This document shows positions 9,507-18,829 of a stretch of 64,000 nucleotides of DNA, piece by piece. Below the pieces are notes generated by a model. It had not been told where the DNA came from, searched no databases, and was given only the letters and a program-made list of their open reading frames with translations. Origin of the DNA: a virus. The stretch lies in IMG/VR virus record IMGVR_UViG_3300005536_000001; one strand, written 5' to 3'. Both the position numbers and the translations under genes were made by a program. Position 1 is the stretch's first letter, and each line of letters starts with the position of its first letter.

Positions 9507-10454
9507 CTACAGCGGCTGAGCCGACGGCTTGAGGATCATGTCGAGTCGAGCCAGCGACTTGTCAAGCATTTCCTGCACGTCGGCCTTCGTGACATTCCCG
9601 CCAGTGCCGGAACCCATCTTGTCGAGCTTGCCCGAAATGGCGGAGAGAACACTTTGCATTGCGGCGAAACTGTCCGTCATCGCCTTGAGCTCGGCGGCAT
9701 CACGCGCCTTGGCCTCAGCGGCAGCCTGCCACGTGGCGTCGAACAGGGTCTCGCGCTCGCCGTCAGCCGGGTTCACCGGCGCGTCAGCCGTGATGGACAG
9801 GAACGCGTTGATGCGCTCGACGTTGTGCGCAACGTTGGCGAGCAGAGCCGCTTCGTCAGGGGTCATGTCGTTCTCCTCATTGTTGTATCCGTACCGAATG
9901 AGTCGTGCGATGTCGAGTGCGCCAGGGTCCCAGTGCGAGTCAGGCGCGGGCAGGTGCTGATGCCCAAGCCAACCAGAGAAGTCACGAAGCTGCGCAGGCG
10001 TGATGCGAAGCGGCGAATTCGGTGATGCGATCGTGACACCATCAGTGTCATCAAGCCACTGCTTCTCGATGCTCTCAGGCGGCACACCGAATGCATCGGC
10101 AATCGGCCCAATGACGTCGGCTGCGATGTTGCGGTACGCGATGTCGGGCCAGTTGCGCGTGTCGTGCGCGAAGCCAACCAGCTCAATCTGGACCATGAAG
10201 TCGTCGTCATTGCCGTCCATCGCGGAGTACGATGCAAGGTCCAGTGGGATGTGCTGCTTAGCTTCCCTTGTCCGCCAGTCGTAAATGCCGTGAGGCGGAT
10301 AAGGTGCGTATGCATTAACCGCACCTGCGATGGACGTACCCTCGGTCGTGTGCAGGCAGCACTTGGGATTTTCCACAAATTGGTAAAGCTTGCCGCGTAC
10401 ATCACCACCGAGTGGATTCTTCGCCCACCCGGGCAACCACTGTGATTTGACCAT
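9507..10454 (-). CDS. N-acetylmuramoyl-L-alanine amidase (endolysin component)
   Basis: 315 aa. Amidase_2/PGRP-like motifs CLHTTEGTS and GHQHLPAPDSHWDPG. C-terminal coiled-coil-like region. Confidence 0.75.
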   Translation of the reverse strand: MVKSQWLPGWAKNPLGGDVRGKLYQFVENPKCCLHTTEGTSIAGAVNAYAPYPPHGIYDWRTREAKQHIPLDLASYSAMDGNDDDFMVQIELVGFAHDTRNWPDIAYRNIAADVIGPIADAFGVPPESIEKQWLDDTDGVTIASPNSPLRITPAQLRDFSGWLGHQHLPAPDSHWDPGALDIARLIRYGYNNEENDMTPDEAALLANVAHNVERINAFLSITADAPVNPADGERETLFDATWQAAAEAKARDAAELKAMTDSFAAMQSVLSAISGKLDKMGSGTGGNVTKADVQEMLDKSLARLDMILKPSAQPL

Positions 10455-10462
10455 AATTCCCC

Positions 10463-11155
10463 TTACGCTGCCATCTGAACGGTGATGTCATCGAGTGTGA
10501 CACCGGCCATCAATTGATTGCGGTCGAACCTCGATACCTGTGAGCCAGGCATCGTGACACCAGGAATGATTTCCTCCAAGTCAAACTGGTGAATGGCGGT
10601 GCGTCCGTTAAACGTAAAGCTAGTCTTACCTGCAAATTCGTCAGGTGACTGGCCCTTCGGAGTGGCCCACTTTGCCGTGTGCCCAACCCAGAAACGAACA
10701 CGCGAATCGAGATTATCATCGACGCGTACTTTGTCACGAAGAAAGCTACCCGAACCATAGAGCATCAACGGGACTTCTGAGTGTAGCATGTACGTGGCAA
10801 TGAAGTCACGAGTCCACGCTGCCCAATCAACCTTAGCACTTCCGGCGATGTCATCAGTCGGCTCGATGTCAACAGCCGGAAAGAGATTACCAGGAAGCAT
10901 GAGGCCAAGTGCATCAATGACACTGAGCATGTCAATCGCTTCAGCATACGGTGAACGCTTCACAGCATCAACCCGATAGTACCCACCAGTAACTCGAGTA
11001 CGACTTGCGTTGATAGCATTCGTTCGTGCCATTTTATCGACACAGCCACTTCGCCAGTCCATCGCACCGATGTAGGCGAATTCGACCCAGTCAGGCATCG
11101 CTTCCCAGTTCAGATATCCCTGATAACGTGAGACGTCGATTCCACGAGTCACCAC
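10463..11155 (-). CDS. glycoside hydrolase family 25 muramidase (endolysin component)
   Basis: 230 aa. N-terminal GIDVSRYQG and EFAYIGAM motifs typical of GH25 lysozymes. Confidence 0.8.
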   Translation of the reverse strand: MVTRGIDVSRYQGYLNWEAMPDWVEFAYIGAMDWRSGCVDKMARTNAINASRTRVTGGYYRVDAVKRSPYAEAIDMLSVIDALGLMLPGNLFPAVDIEPTDDIAGSAKVDWAAWTRDFIATYMLHSEVPLMLYGSGSFLRDKVRVDDNLDSRVRFWVGHTAKWATPKGQSPDEFAGKTSFTFNGRTAIHQFDLEEIIPGVTMPGSQVSRFDRNQLMAGVTLDDITVQMAA

Positions 11156-11163
11156 TGGACCTC

Positions 11164-12378
11164 CTACTTACGACCGGGCGTGACAAGCGTGATGTGCGAA
11201 GCCGCAGGAATGTAACCAAACGGGTCAATCACGACGCTACCGCTCGGGAACGTGATGTTGGCGTATTCAGGGTGCTTCGTCGCGATGAAGAAAATGCGTG
11301 CTGTGAAAGACGAGGTGGACATGTACGGGTCCTTGCCCTCAACGATGAAGTCAGTGTGCAAGAACTTGATGCCTGCACCTGCGAGAAGATCAGCGAGTAG
11401 CATCGCGGGAGAACCTGCGGTGGAATTGACGCATGGCTTGTATGTCATACCAAAGATGGTGATTGGTAGTCCAGTGAGGCGCTGCCACTTTACGATGAGA
11501 CTTGCCTGCCACGACGCATGCGCCTGCCGCGCTGAGACGAGATACCCCATCAAGTCGACCGACATGTTGTGCTTGACTGCGAGTGCTGACATGGCAATGT
11601 TGTCACGCGGATGGCACGCTCCGCCATCACCCATTCCAGCGGTGAGATACTTCGTCGAGATGATGCGGTCAGTACCATAGCCGAGGGCGGTCGTCACCTC
11701 ATCGACGTCAGCGCCAGTGTTGTCGCACATTTCCGCCATCGTGTTGGCGAACACAATCTTCATAGTGATGAAGGTGTTGTAGGCCACCTTCGTGAGCTCT
11801 GCCGACGCGATCGAGACCACGCAAGGCGGCGAAGAATGCATGCCCTCATAGAGATCGAGGACCCGCTGTTCGTCACCCGGAGTGTCCACGCCGAGCAACA
11901 CGAATTCCGGGTTGGTGAAGTCATCGATCACGGTGCCCATGGCGATGAAGAACGGGTGATATACAAGTCGAGTGTGCACATTGAGTAGCGGACGAATGTC
12001 TCGATCAACCGTGCCAGGCAGCACAGTGGAGACGATGACAATCGTGATGTTCTTGCCCAGATCACTCGCTGTCTTGGCAATTGCACGCACCGCGTTGATG
12101 AGATAGCCATACTCGAAATCTTCAGGCTCGAAGTCATCATCCATCGCGGTTTCACCGCCAAAGTCAGCGGCATGCGGCGTCTGGACAGCGACGTACACGA
12201 CATCATCAGTGTGCTTGACAACATCATCGAGGGAATTAGTTCGTGACACAAACTTTCCCTCTTCAGTCGCGCCACCGTTGATGTCGTAACCGAGAACATC
12301 ATGCCCACCATACACGTTCAAGGCCCATGCGCACGGTAGCCCCAACTTACCAAGTCCCACCCAGCTGACCGCACTCAC
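11164..12378 (-). CDS. nucleotide-sugar dehydrogenase (UDP-glucose/GDP-mannose dehydrogenase family)
   Basis: 404 aa. Rossmann motif VGLGKLGLPCA. Catalytic-Cys motif GGACHPRDN. Confidence 0.75.
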   Translation of the reverse strand: MSAVSWVGLGKLGLPCAWALNVYGGHDVLGYDINGGATEEGKFVSRTNSLDDVVKHTDDVVYVAVQTPHAADFGGETAMDDDFEPEDFEYGYLINAVRAIAKTASDLGKNITIVIVSTVLPGTVDRDIRPLLNVHTRLVYHPFFIAMGTVIDDFTNPEFVLLGVDTPGDEQRVLDLYEGMHSSPPCVVSIASAELTKVAYNTFITMKIVFANTMAEMCDNTGADVDEVTTALGYGTDRIISTKYLTAGMGDGGACHPRDNIAMSALAVKHNMSVDLMGYLVSARQAHASWQASLIVKWQRLTGLPITIFGMTYKPCVNSTAGSPAMLLADLLAGAGIKFLHTDFIVEGKDPYMSTSSFTARIFFIATKHPEYANITFPSGSVVIDPFGYIPAASHITLVTPGRK

Positions 12379-12980
12379 GAGTTAGTCCTCCTCTTGTACA
12401 ACCCCTTGAACGGCGTTCCATCAACGGTAGACTCTACTGCCACCAGCGAGAGCTGGGGGTACTGAAACACCATCTTCGCAGGGGTCAGAGTATCCTGCAA
12501 GTGACGCTGATGGATGTTCCCGTCTTCCTCACCCTGAGGATAATCATAGGGAACGATCACGTAGTATTCAGTGCACACACGCTCAAAATCAAGCAGCATC
12601 TGCTGTGCGCGCTCGAGATCCAAGTGCTCAAGCACATCGCCAAAAATGACCACATCCCAGTGCGTGCCATCGGGGAATTGCGTGACAACATACGCGGCAT
12701 CACCGATGTACACAGTGTCATACAATTCATGAAGCCTATGTTCTTCGATGTATGGCTCGAAAATCTCGATGGCATCCATCTGTGGGTAATCGGCAAGAAG
12801 CACTCGATACTTACCCTGCCCAGCGCCAACGTCAAGGATGCGAATGTCCAGTGGGTCGTATTGACTCACCTGTCGTCGAACCTGCGCACCCGCCCAATCA
12901 TACGTACTCAGCCAGTTGTTCCGGTATGCATGCGCCATCGCATCCGAAAGATGTTCATTCACAGCTGCTCCACCAGCCAC
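12375..12980 (-). CDS. class I SAM-dependent methyltransferase
   Basis: 201 aa. Motif I ILDVGAGQGKY. Later VIFGDVLEHL. Confidence 0.7.
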   Translation of the reverse strand: MAGGAAVNEHLSDAMAHAYRNNWLSTYDWAGAQVRRQVSQYDPLDIRILDVGAGQGKYRVLLADYPQMDAIEIFEPYIEEHRLHELYDTVYIGDAAYVVTQFPDGTHWDVVIFGDVLEHLDLERAQQMLLDFERVCTEYYVIVPYDYPQGEEDGNIHQRHLQDTLTPAKMVFQYPQLSLVAVESTVDGTPFKGLYKRRTNS

Positions 12981-13933
12981 TTCACAGTCTGCTCAAGACC
13001 ATCATCAAATGAATGGGTTGGACTCCAGTCTTGATTTGGAATAAGCTCTGCGTACTTCGGATCCCAACCCGGTCGTGCATCTTCACCGCGCTGCTTAATG
13101 GTGTATGGTGCTTTACCCATCATATCACCGATGCGATTAACGAGCGACATATTATCCACGTACTCTTGCCCCTGAAGCACGATACGCTCTGGGAACTGAA
13201 ACAAATCACTCGTGTGTTCAGCATCTTCACGAAGAAGCCCGATGATGTGTTCGGTAACATTCTTCACATAGGTGTAATGCCGACCACCAGGGAAATCCGC
13301 GTAGTAATGCACGGGAATTCGAGTACCCTCGTTGATCCAGCGCACAACCTTGGGGATGAAGGCCAGCTCAGACTGCCTCTGGCCAAACATATTGGCGCTA
13401 TTGACAATCGCTACCGGAATTCGGAACGTACGCCTGTACGAGTGACAGATGTCCTCCTGAGACGCCTTAGAGGCGGCATACGGACTGCTTGGCTGGTGAT
13501 CTGCTGGGGCGCAGGGGGACGTCCGTCCGTACACCTCGTCCGTTGACATGTGAATGAATCGACGCGGTCCCGTTTCACGCGCCAATTCAAGCATGTTGAG
13601 CATCAACTGGACATTGTTGCTAATGAAGCCAACAGGGTCTTTAATGCTTGCCTCGACCTGACTCATCGACGCGATGTTCACGATGTAGTCAATGTCACCG
13701 ATAAAATCAAACTGCTGATTGCGAAATGGCACCGAGAGATCATGTGTCATGTGCGAAACACCACGACCAGCCTGTCGCAAATCGGACATAGCCTGCATCG
13801 TTGACCGGACATTCCCGTTATGCCAGGCCTTGAGGGAATCAATGCAGACGACATCCCAGTCAGTCTTCTGCAACACCGTCTCGAGGACATGACTCCCCAC
13901 GAATCCAGCAGTGCCTGTGATAAGTACTCTCAC
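12959..13933 (-). CDS. NAD-dependent sugar epimerase/dehydratase (SDR family)
   Basis: 324 aa. MRVLITGTAGFVGSHV glycine-rich loop. YAASKAS (YxxxK) catalytic motif. Confidence 0.85.
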   Translation of the reverse strand: MRVLITGTAGFVGSHVLETVLQKTDWDVVCIDSLKAWHNGNVRSTMQAMSDLRQAGRGVSHMTHDLSVPFRNQQFDFIGDIDYIVNIASMSQVEASIKDPVGFISNNVQLMLNMLELARETGPRRFIHMSTDEVYGRTSPCAPADHQPSSPYAASKASQEDICHSYRRTFRIPVAIVNSANMFGQRQSELAFIPKVVRWINEGTRIPVHYYADFPGGRHYTYVKNVTEHIIGLLREDAEHTSDLFQFPERIVLQGQEYVDNMSLVNRIGDMMGKAPYTIKQRGEDARPGWDPKYAELIPNQDWSPTHSFDDGLEQTVKWLVEQL

Positions 13934-14586
13934 GTGGAACTCCCCGGGTGATATGAGAAGTAAGGGCTATTGACGACAACACGCGTGTGCTGCTTCGCAG
14001 ACACAGGCACAGATCCCGGCTGCCATGTGCTGTCACCACTGGACGAGTAATATTCGTACATGATGCGATCGATGTAGTGTTCGGTGATGGCGAGACCACG
14101 CATCTGATCACACCACGCAACATCCTCAGGCGGCACAGTCTTTCGGAAATCAGCCTGCTTGGCAAGCTGCAACCTCACTGGATTGAGGTGACTCACATCG
14201 CGATAGTAGCCCTCATGATCATCCCACCAGTGATCAAACTGCAAGCTGTGGTATGTCGGCTTAAGTGGATTCCCGTCGATGTACGTCTGCATCCGCCAGC
14301 CAATGTAATCAACACCGTCAAGTCGGCTCACGATTTCGTCGACGAAATAGTGCGGCACGATGTCGTCATCATCGATGAACGAAACGTACTCACCATCAGC
14401 ACGCTCGATAAGCGATTGCCGAATGTGCGACAGCGAGTGCTCACCATTGTTCCACAACGCTGTGACGATGACATCACCATCGTACTTATCAACCTGTGGC
14501 ATGAGGATATCGATAAGGCGCTTAAACCGATCACCTCGCTGTCCAAGAGTCGCAATCAGGATGTTCCACTTAGGCGACACACGCAC
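13930..14586 (-). CDS. glycosyltransferase (GT-A fold, DxD)
   Basis: 218 aa. WNILIATLGQR N-terminus and VSFIDDDD motif. 4-nt overlap with the downstream gene. Confidence 0.7.
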   Translation of the reverse strand: MRVSPKWNILIATLGQRGDRFKRLIDILMPQVDKYDGDVIVTALWNNGEHSLSHIRQSLIERADGEYVSFIDDDDIVPHYFVDEIVSRLDGVDYIGWRMQTYIDGNPLKPTYHSLQFDHWWDDHEGYYRDVSHLNPVRLQLAKQADFRKTVPPEDVAWCDQMRGLAITEHYIDRIMYEYYSSSGDSTWQPGSVPVSAKQHTRVVVNSPYFSYHPGSST

Positions 14587-14588
14587 TC

Positions 14589-15278
14589 CTAGGCAGTGAA
14601 CGCAGCGATAGCTGCTCGTAGCTTGTTGGCATCCTCGAGACGCTCATGCGCCTTGGAATTGTAAATCGCCTGGACGTTATCCTGCTGATGACGGGCGAGC
14701 CGCTCGTTGTGCGTCGTGTCCCATGGCCCCTTGTTCACAACAGGATGCATGTGCTCGGTGTAGACGTGGTGCAGGTAGGTTCGCCGGCCAATCGTATCAG
14801 CGACTTCAGTGTTCCATGAGTCGTTGTAGTCGGAGCTGAAGTATGGTGGAACCAGGTAGCCTAGTGTGTCAGTCCAGCGGCGATGATAAAAGCCGTGCGT
14901 GGCGAGGTTCGCATCTTGATAGCCATCACGGCCATGGACGAGCACGATCTTGTCGGGAATGCGTGCGAACGCGTCAAGCACGTGTGAGTCCCAGCCTTCC
15001 GATCGGAAGATGATGTCGTCACCACAATGCATGAAGATATCGCTATCCTCATTCGCCTGCATCCAGCAGGCGTTCCACATCTCCGAGAGGATGATGCGCG
15101 GACCAACGACAGCCTTGACGTCAAGACGCTCAGCCATCTCGTAAGATGCCATGTCGTCTTCATCGATGTAGAAGACGAACTCCAGGTCGTCCGGCATTGT
15201 CGCTGTCTTGCGTGCCGAGGTAACCATACGCTGCATGCTGTCGGGACGACCACGCGTGGGGCAAAGAATGCTGATCAT
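14589..15278 (-). CDS. glycosyltransferase-like protein
   Basis: 229 aa. ISILCPTRGRP N-terminus and FVFYIDEDD acidic motif. Confidence 0.6.
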   Translation of the reverse strand: MISILCPTRGRPDSMQRMVTSARKTATMPDDLEFVFYIDEDDMASYEMAERLDVKAVVGPRIILSEMWNACWMQANEDSDIFMHCGDDIIFRSEGWDSHVLDAFARIPDKIVLVHGRDGYQDANLATHGFYHRRWTDTLGYLVPPYFSSDYNDSWNTEVADTIGRRTYLHHVYTEHMHPVVNKGPWDTTHNERLARHQQDNVQAIYNSKAHERLEDANKLRAAIAAFTA

Positions 15279-15297
15279 GTCTTCTCCTTGATGCGAA

Positions 15298-15332
15298 AGT
15301 GCCCGGTCCAGCGGGTTGCTGAACCGGGCACT
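15298..15332 (-). terminator. strong hairpin inside glycosylation operon (possible attenuator or processing site)
   Basis: AGTGCCCGGTCCAGC-GGGTT-GCTGAACCGGGCACT: 14 bp stem with one mismatch. On the minus strand it is followed by UUUCGC and then the RBS AAGGAGAAG of the next gene. Confidence 0.5.
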
Positions 15333-15341
15333 CAGATGAAC

Positions 15342-15974
15342 TTACTTCCAGGCCCTGCCGCTAGTGTGGTTCCCGTGCCAGACCCAGCGCCACGTACGCC
15401 TAGGCGCGTGTACGAACTTCGCGCCTTCACGCAACATCTTCTGCCAGCAGCCCCAGTCCTCGTTGGTTTCGTTCGGCCACTCCTCGGTGCCAGGCTGCGG
15501 GAAGCCACCAACCTTCTCGAGCATTGAGCGCTTCACGAGAACCGTGATGGGAATGAAGTTGCCCTCGGTCATGATGTACCGAGCAGCATCATCACCGAAT
15601 GGAACACCGAGGGGCGAGACGTACTTCCCGTTGTGGAGAACCGAGAGCGGGTCCGGTCCTTCCCACAAGTCAAACCATGGGTACACCAGGTCGGCACCCG
15701 TTGCCTCAGCGGTCTGGAGCAGGAACTCGAGATGATTGGGGTAGATGACATCATCGTCATCGACGAAGGCGATCCAGTCGGTGTCAGGATGCGAGAGCTG
15801 CCACGCCATGTTGCGATTCTTCGCCGCGCCAAGACCTTCGGTGTCGACACGAACGATGATCTCGTCGGCTTGACGTATTTGTGTTTGCACTGACCGAACG
15901 GCACGCTCGAGCATCTCCTCCCGACTAGGAATCGTGGGAATACAAACGGCGATCGTTGCTGCCATGAGTCTCAC
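15342..15974 (-). CDS. glycosyltransferase family 2
   Basis: 210 aa. IAVCIPTIPSR N-terminus. WIAFVDDDDVIYPNHL DxD motif. Confidence 0.8.
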   Translation of the reverse strand: MRLMAATIAVCIPTIPSREEMLERAVRSVQTQIRQADEIIVRVDTEGLGAAKNRNMAWQLSHPDTDWIAFVDDDDVIYPNHLEFLLQTAEATGADLVYPWFDLWEGPDPLSVLHNGKYVSPLGVPFGDDAARYIMTEGNFIPITVLVKRSMLEKVGGFPQPGTEEWPNETNEDWGCWQKMLREGAKFVHAPRRTWRWVWHGNHTSGRAWK

Positions 15975-16162
15975 TTCTCAGGGTCTCGATTGGGAATACC
16001 GAACACAGCACCCAGAGTGACGACGAATGCACCGGCTGCGGTCAACCAATCCGTGAGGTCAATCACCTGATCCTGACTCCCCATCACGAGCGCCGAAATA
16101 AGCGCACCAGCCGCAGCAATCCATGCCTTGGTCGACTCCGGGGAGAACAAAGTCTTGAGCAT
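15971..16162 (-). CDS. two-TM membrane protein (possible holin)
   Basis: ORF track 15971..16252 trimmed to the ATG at 16162, which follows AGGAGG. Helices AWIAAAGALISALVMG and WLTAAGAFVVTLGAVFGI. 4-nt overlap with the next gene. Confidence 0.45.
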   Translation of the reverse strand: MLKTLFSPESTKAWIAAAGALISALVMGSQDQVIDLTDWLTAAGAFVVTLGAVFGIPNRDPEK

Positions 16163-16196
16163 TTCCTGACCTCCTAGACCTTCGACCGACTGGCCG

Positions 16197-16415
16197 TCAG
16201 CCGTCGCTAGATGTCGCTGTCGCCTCTGTCTGGCTGCTAACAGCTTCCCCACTAGGGAAATTACCAGCTACCACCTCGAGTCCGCTAGGGAGGTGACAGC
16301 GACACCTGCACGTCATGTCATTAGGCAGTGGAAACAGACCACAGCGATCGTGCGCACCCTTCGCAGTGCTGTTGCAGAAGCCGGAAACGTACGTGCTAGC
16401 TTTCTTGACCTTCAC
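16197..16415 (-). CDS. Cys-rich hypothetical protein (C..C.C.CH motif)
   Basis: Part of ORF 16197..16514. GTG at 16415 follows GAAAGGTGG. Sequence GFCNSTAKGAHDRCG...CRCRCH. Start is uncertain. Confidence 0.35.
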   Translation of the reverse strand: MKVKKASTYVSGFCNSTAKGAHDRCGLFPLPNDMTCRCRCHLPSGLEVVAGNFPSGEAVSSQTEATATSSDG

Positions 16416-16659
16416 CGTACACCACCTTTCCATCTTCGTCGGTGGCCTGATGCGTGTCCCACTCGCCACTGAGCTCAAGACTGTATGTTTGGCCCCAACC
16501 ACCACACCGAGCACAGATGCCGGGTGTGTCGATCAAGCCACTCTCGACGAGATCAGCGACTGCACTGTGCACACCCTCTTCATCGATCGTTTTCTGTGGA
16601 ATTTCCACTTCCACAGACGCACTTGCGGTTGTGGTGAAGTACACCGTGAATTTAGGCAC
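16396..16659 (-). CDS. hypothetical protein
   Basis: 87 aa ORF, co-oriented. Overlaps the upstream gene by 8 nt. Confidence 0.55.
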   Translation of the reverse strand: MPKFTVYFTTTASASVEVEIPQKTIDEEGVHSAVADLVESGLIDTPGICARCGGWGQTYSLELSGEWDTHQATDEDGKVVYGEGQES

Positions 16660-17020
16660 GTGCCCGTCCCTTCCACTTCATCTTGAAACCGGCAACCCAG
16701 TCACCGCGAAAAGTGAACACTCGCTCGGCACCGTCGATCTCAACCGAAATGGTGTGCCATGGAATATTGCCATCCACTTCAGGATCTTCCACCGTCACGA
16801 GCCAGATCTTAAAGCTCCTCAAAGCATCTTCATAGTCGACGCCCTTCCACGGCAATGGAATGTCATTGATTCCGGCGACCGAGAACACAACATCAAACCA
16901 CAGCTCGGGCTCACCATCATGCGTTGTGACCTGCTGCATTCGACGGGCTTCCAATTCGTTCTTGTACGCACGATGCTCTGCGATCTCAGCGTCCATCCAA
17001 CCCACCGGACTTCTCCTCAC
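16652..17020 (-). CDS. hypothetical protein
   Basis: 122 aa ORF (GTG at 17020; alternative ATG at 16996). Confidence 0.55.
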   Translation of the reverse strand: MRRSPVGWMDAEIAEHRAYKNELEARRMQQVTTHDGEPELWFDVVFSVAGINDIPLPWKGVDYEDALRSFKIWLVTVEDPEVDGNIPWHTISVEIDGAERVFTFRGDWVAGFKMKWKGRARA

Positions 17021-17102
17021 TTGCTTTCCCTATGTTCCTGACGTTTCCTGCTTTCCTAAGTATATCCAACACATACTACACGTGATGTCTAAAGTGTATG
17101 TA

Positions 17103-17186
17103 TCACGTGTACATCCAGAGGATTCCGGTAATCACGAAAATGAGCAACGAAGTGATGGCAATGATTACCCGGAATGCGAGCGACAT
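17103..17186 (-). CDS. 27 aa single-pass membrane micro-protein
   Basis: MSLAFRVIIAITSLLIFVITGILWMYT. The ATG is 1 nt after the upstream stop (TAAAATG). Below the ORF-track size cutoff. Confidence 0.3.
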   Translation of the reverse strand: MSLAFRVIIAITSLLIFVITGILWMYT

Positions 17187-17187
17187 T

Positions 17188-17592
17188 TTAGCTCGACGTG
17201 TCCTCAGCTTTAGGAGTGGGCAGGATGGTGTAGTCACGTACATCATCGGGCAAACCGATAAACGCACTCTTCAACGAGATGAACGACGTGGACTCAGCTG
17301 GTGCCTTAACTGGCGCACCTTGCGGCCTAACATTATGATGCTCGAGAACGACAACGGTGTCGAGTGGGGTGACATATTCACCAACGAGAAGATCATGGAA
17401 GATGTCCTCATCGGTGACAGGCTCAAGACGCTCAGCCTTGTCACGATCTGGAAAGTGCAGGTCCAGCAGGTCGCCGATGAACGTAGGCGGAATGCTGTCA
17501 GGCGTGTGCACGTTGAATCCGCCTTCCCAGCATTCTGCTTCAGTCATCAACGCGTTAAAGATCAACGGCTGTTCCAATTTGAGTTTTGGCAC
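17188..17592 (-). CDS. hypothetical protein
   Basis: ORF track 17188..17610 begins at a TTG that overlaps a TATAAT box. GTG at 17592 follows AGGAGA and is the more likely start. Confidence 0.55.
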   Translation of the reverse strand: MPKLKLEQPLIFNALMTEAECWEGGFNVHTPDSIPPTFIGDLLDLHFPDRDKAERLEPVTDEDIFHDLLVGEYVTPLDTVVVLEHHNVRPQGAPVKAPAESTSFISLKSAFIGLPDDVRDYTILPTPKAEDTSS

Positions 17593-17609
17593 AAGATCTC
17601 CTAAGATCA

Positions 17610-17637
17610 ATTATATCATAAAATGAGAGCGAGTCAC
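17610..17637 (-). promoter_or_regulatory. sigma-70-like promoter GTGACT-16-TATAAT
   Basis: Minus-strand read: -35 at 17632-17637, -10 at 17610-17615. Lies immediately upstream of the AGGAGA RBS. Confidence 0.5.
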
Positions 17638-17779
17638 AGGCTTGCCCGCCACCTATGACCCGCTCTCGGCAACATCGGTCGCGCAGGAACTCTCATGGCA
17701 GGAGATAAGTGATGTCCCCCGATCGAACCTTTACGTGCGGTACTCTTCGTGGTCCACGTTTTGACGCACCGATGTCAAG

Positions 17780-18211
17780 TCAGGTTTGGTCACCAAATTC
17801 AGTGACGCTATCAGGAATCCGAATCGCGCCGTTAGTCCAGGTGTTAGCGTAGCCCCACAGGTCGTGAAGCGAATTCGACGCGCAGAAAAACGTCGCTGCC
17901 TGCCATGACTCAAAACCAAGCAGCTCTTGCGCGATGTAGCGAATGACTTGCGTTGTGCCACTCGGTGTGATCGCATGAGTACCAAAACTTGTTACATCAT
18001 CGCTAGGGTGCCAAACAATCGAGTATCGGTCATCGAGTGCGACGGTCCAGCCGGCCGCGCAGTGCGCAGTCATACACGGGCGATTGCCACGCTGCGTGTG
18101 AATGGCCCACTCACGCTGATCATGCATCTCAGGATGCTCAGTGAGGTGCTCGAGCAACGCACGCAGTCGATCAACATCGATGACAGGCTCATGCACGACG
18201 TCGGTTTCCAT
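17780..18211 (-). CDS. hypothetical protein
   Basis: 143 aa ORF. Contains a CMTAHCAAGW motif. No function recognised. Confidence 0.6.
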   Translation of the reverse strand: METDVVHEPVIDVDRLRALLEHLTEHPEMHDQREWAIHTQRGNRPCMTAHCAAGWTVALDDRYSIVWHPSDDVTSFGTHAITPSGTTQVIRYIAQELLGFESWQAATFFCASNSLHDLWGYANTWTNGAIRIPDSVTEFGDQT

Positions 18212-18602
18212 CTGCTAGCCTCCTCTCTTGAAGCATGGGCTCGAGTCCGTACTTCACGCGAATCGGATTGAGCATGTCGATGTTCTTTTCGCACCAATTG
18301 CGAAAGCGCTCGTCCTCTTCCATCGAGTAAAAGATACCTCGTGTTCGGAGGTGCTGCTCGCAGTAAACTCCGTCGATCCCGCCGCCTTCACGCTTGAGCC
18401 CACGGAAGCGAAACTTACCCTTGTTCTTACAGCGGTACTTTTCTTTGAGCGTTTCAGCGAGGGGCCCAAATCTCGCCTTCATCGGCCGGTCACGATACCC
18501 GGTGCACTGCGCTCTGGGACGCTTGAGGATGAACACCCACGGAATGAGTCCGGTGAGCTCCAGCCGGTACTCCTTAAGTTGCTTCGCGGTGGGCATCCTC
18601 AC
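18189..18602 (-). CDS. hypothetical basic protein
   Basis: 137 aa ORF, co-oriented. 23-nt overlap with the next gene. Confidence 0.55.
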   Translation of the reverse strand: MRMPTAKQLKEYRLELTGLIPWVFILKRPRAQCTGYRDRPMKARFGPLAETLKEKYRCKNKGKFRFRGLKREGGGIDGVYCEQHLRTRGIFYSMEEDERFRNWCEKNIDMLNPIRVKYGLEPMLQERRLADGNRRRA

Positions 18603-18829
18603 TCCTCTCGTACGTACTTGTCGATGATCTCGGTAATCTCGGTGACTGCCCTCTCACGCCTCGCGGCAGCCCCTCGACGCCTCGCGATGTCCGCTGTGGT
18701 ATCCCATGTAGGCTTCGATGCCAGCAAACCCTGTGCAGCTCGGAGGACGAAGAAGGGACGAGCGAGCGCATCCATCAACCGGACGACTCGCTCGACCTCT
18801 TCATCCTCGTGGTCTACTGATGCCACCAC
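18599..18829 (-). CDS. hypothetical protein
   Basis: 76 aa ORF with GTG start. 4-nt overlap downstream. Confidence 0.5.
   Translation of the reverse strand: MVASVDHEDEEVERVVRLMDALARPFFVLRAAQGLLASKPTWDTTADIARRRGAAARRERAVTEITEIIDKYVREE

Noticed and set aside
9504-10025. 173 aa plus-strand ORF
   Set aside because: It is antisense to the amidase gene, which has clear catalytic motifs.
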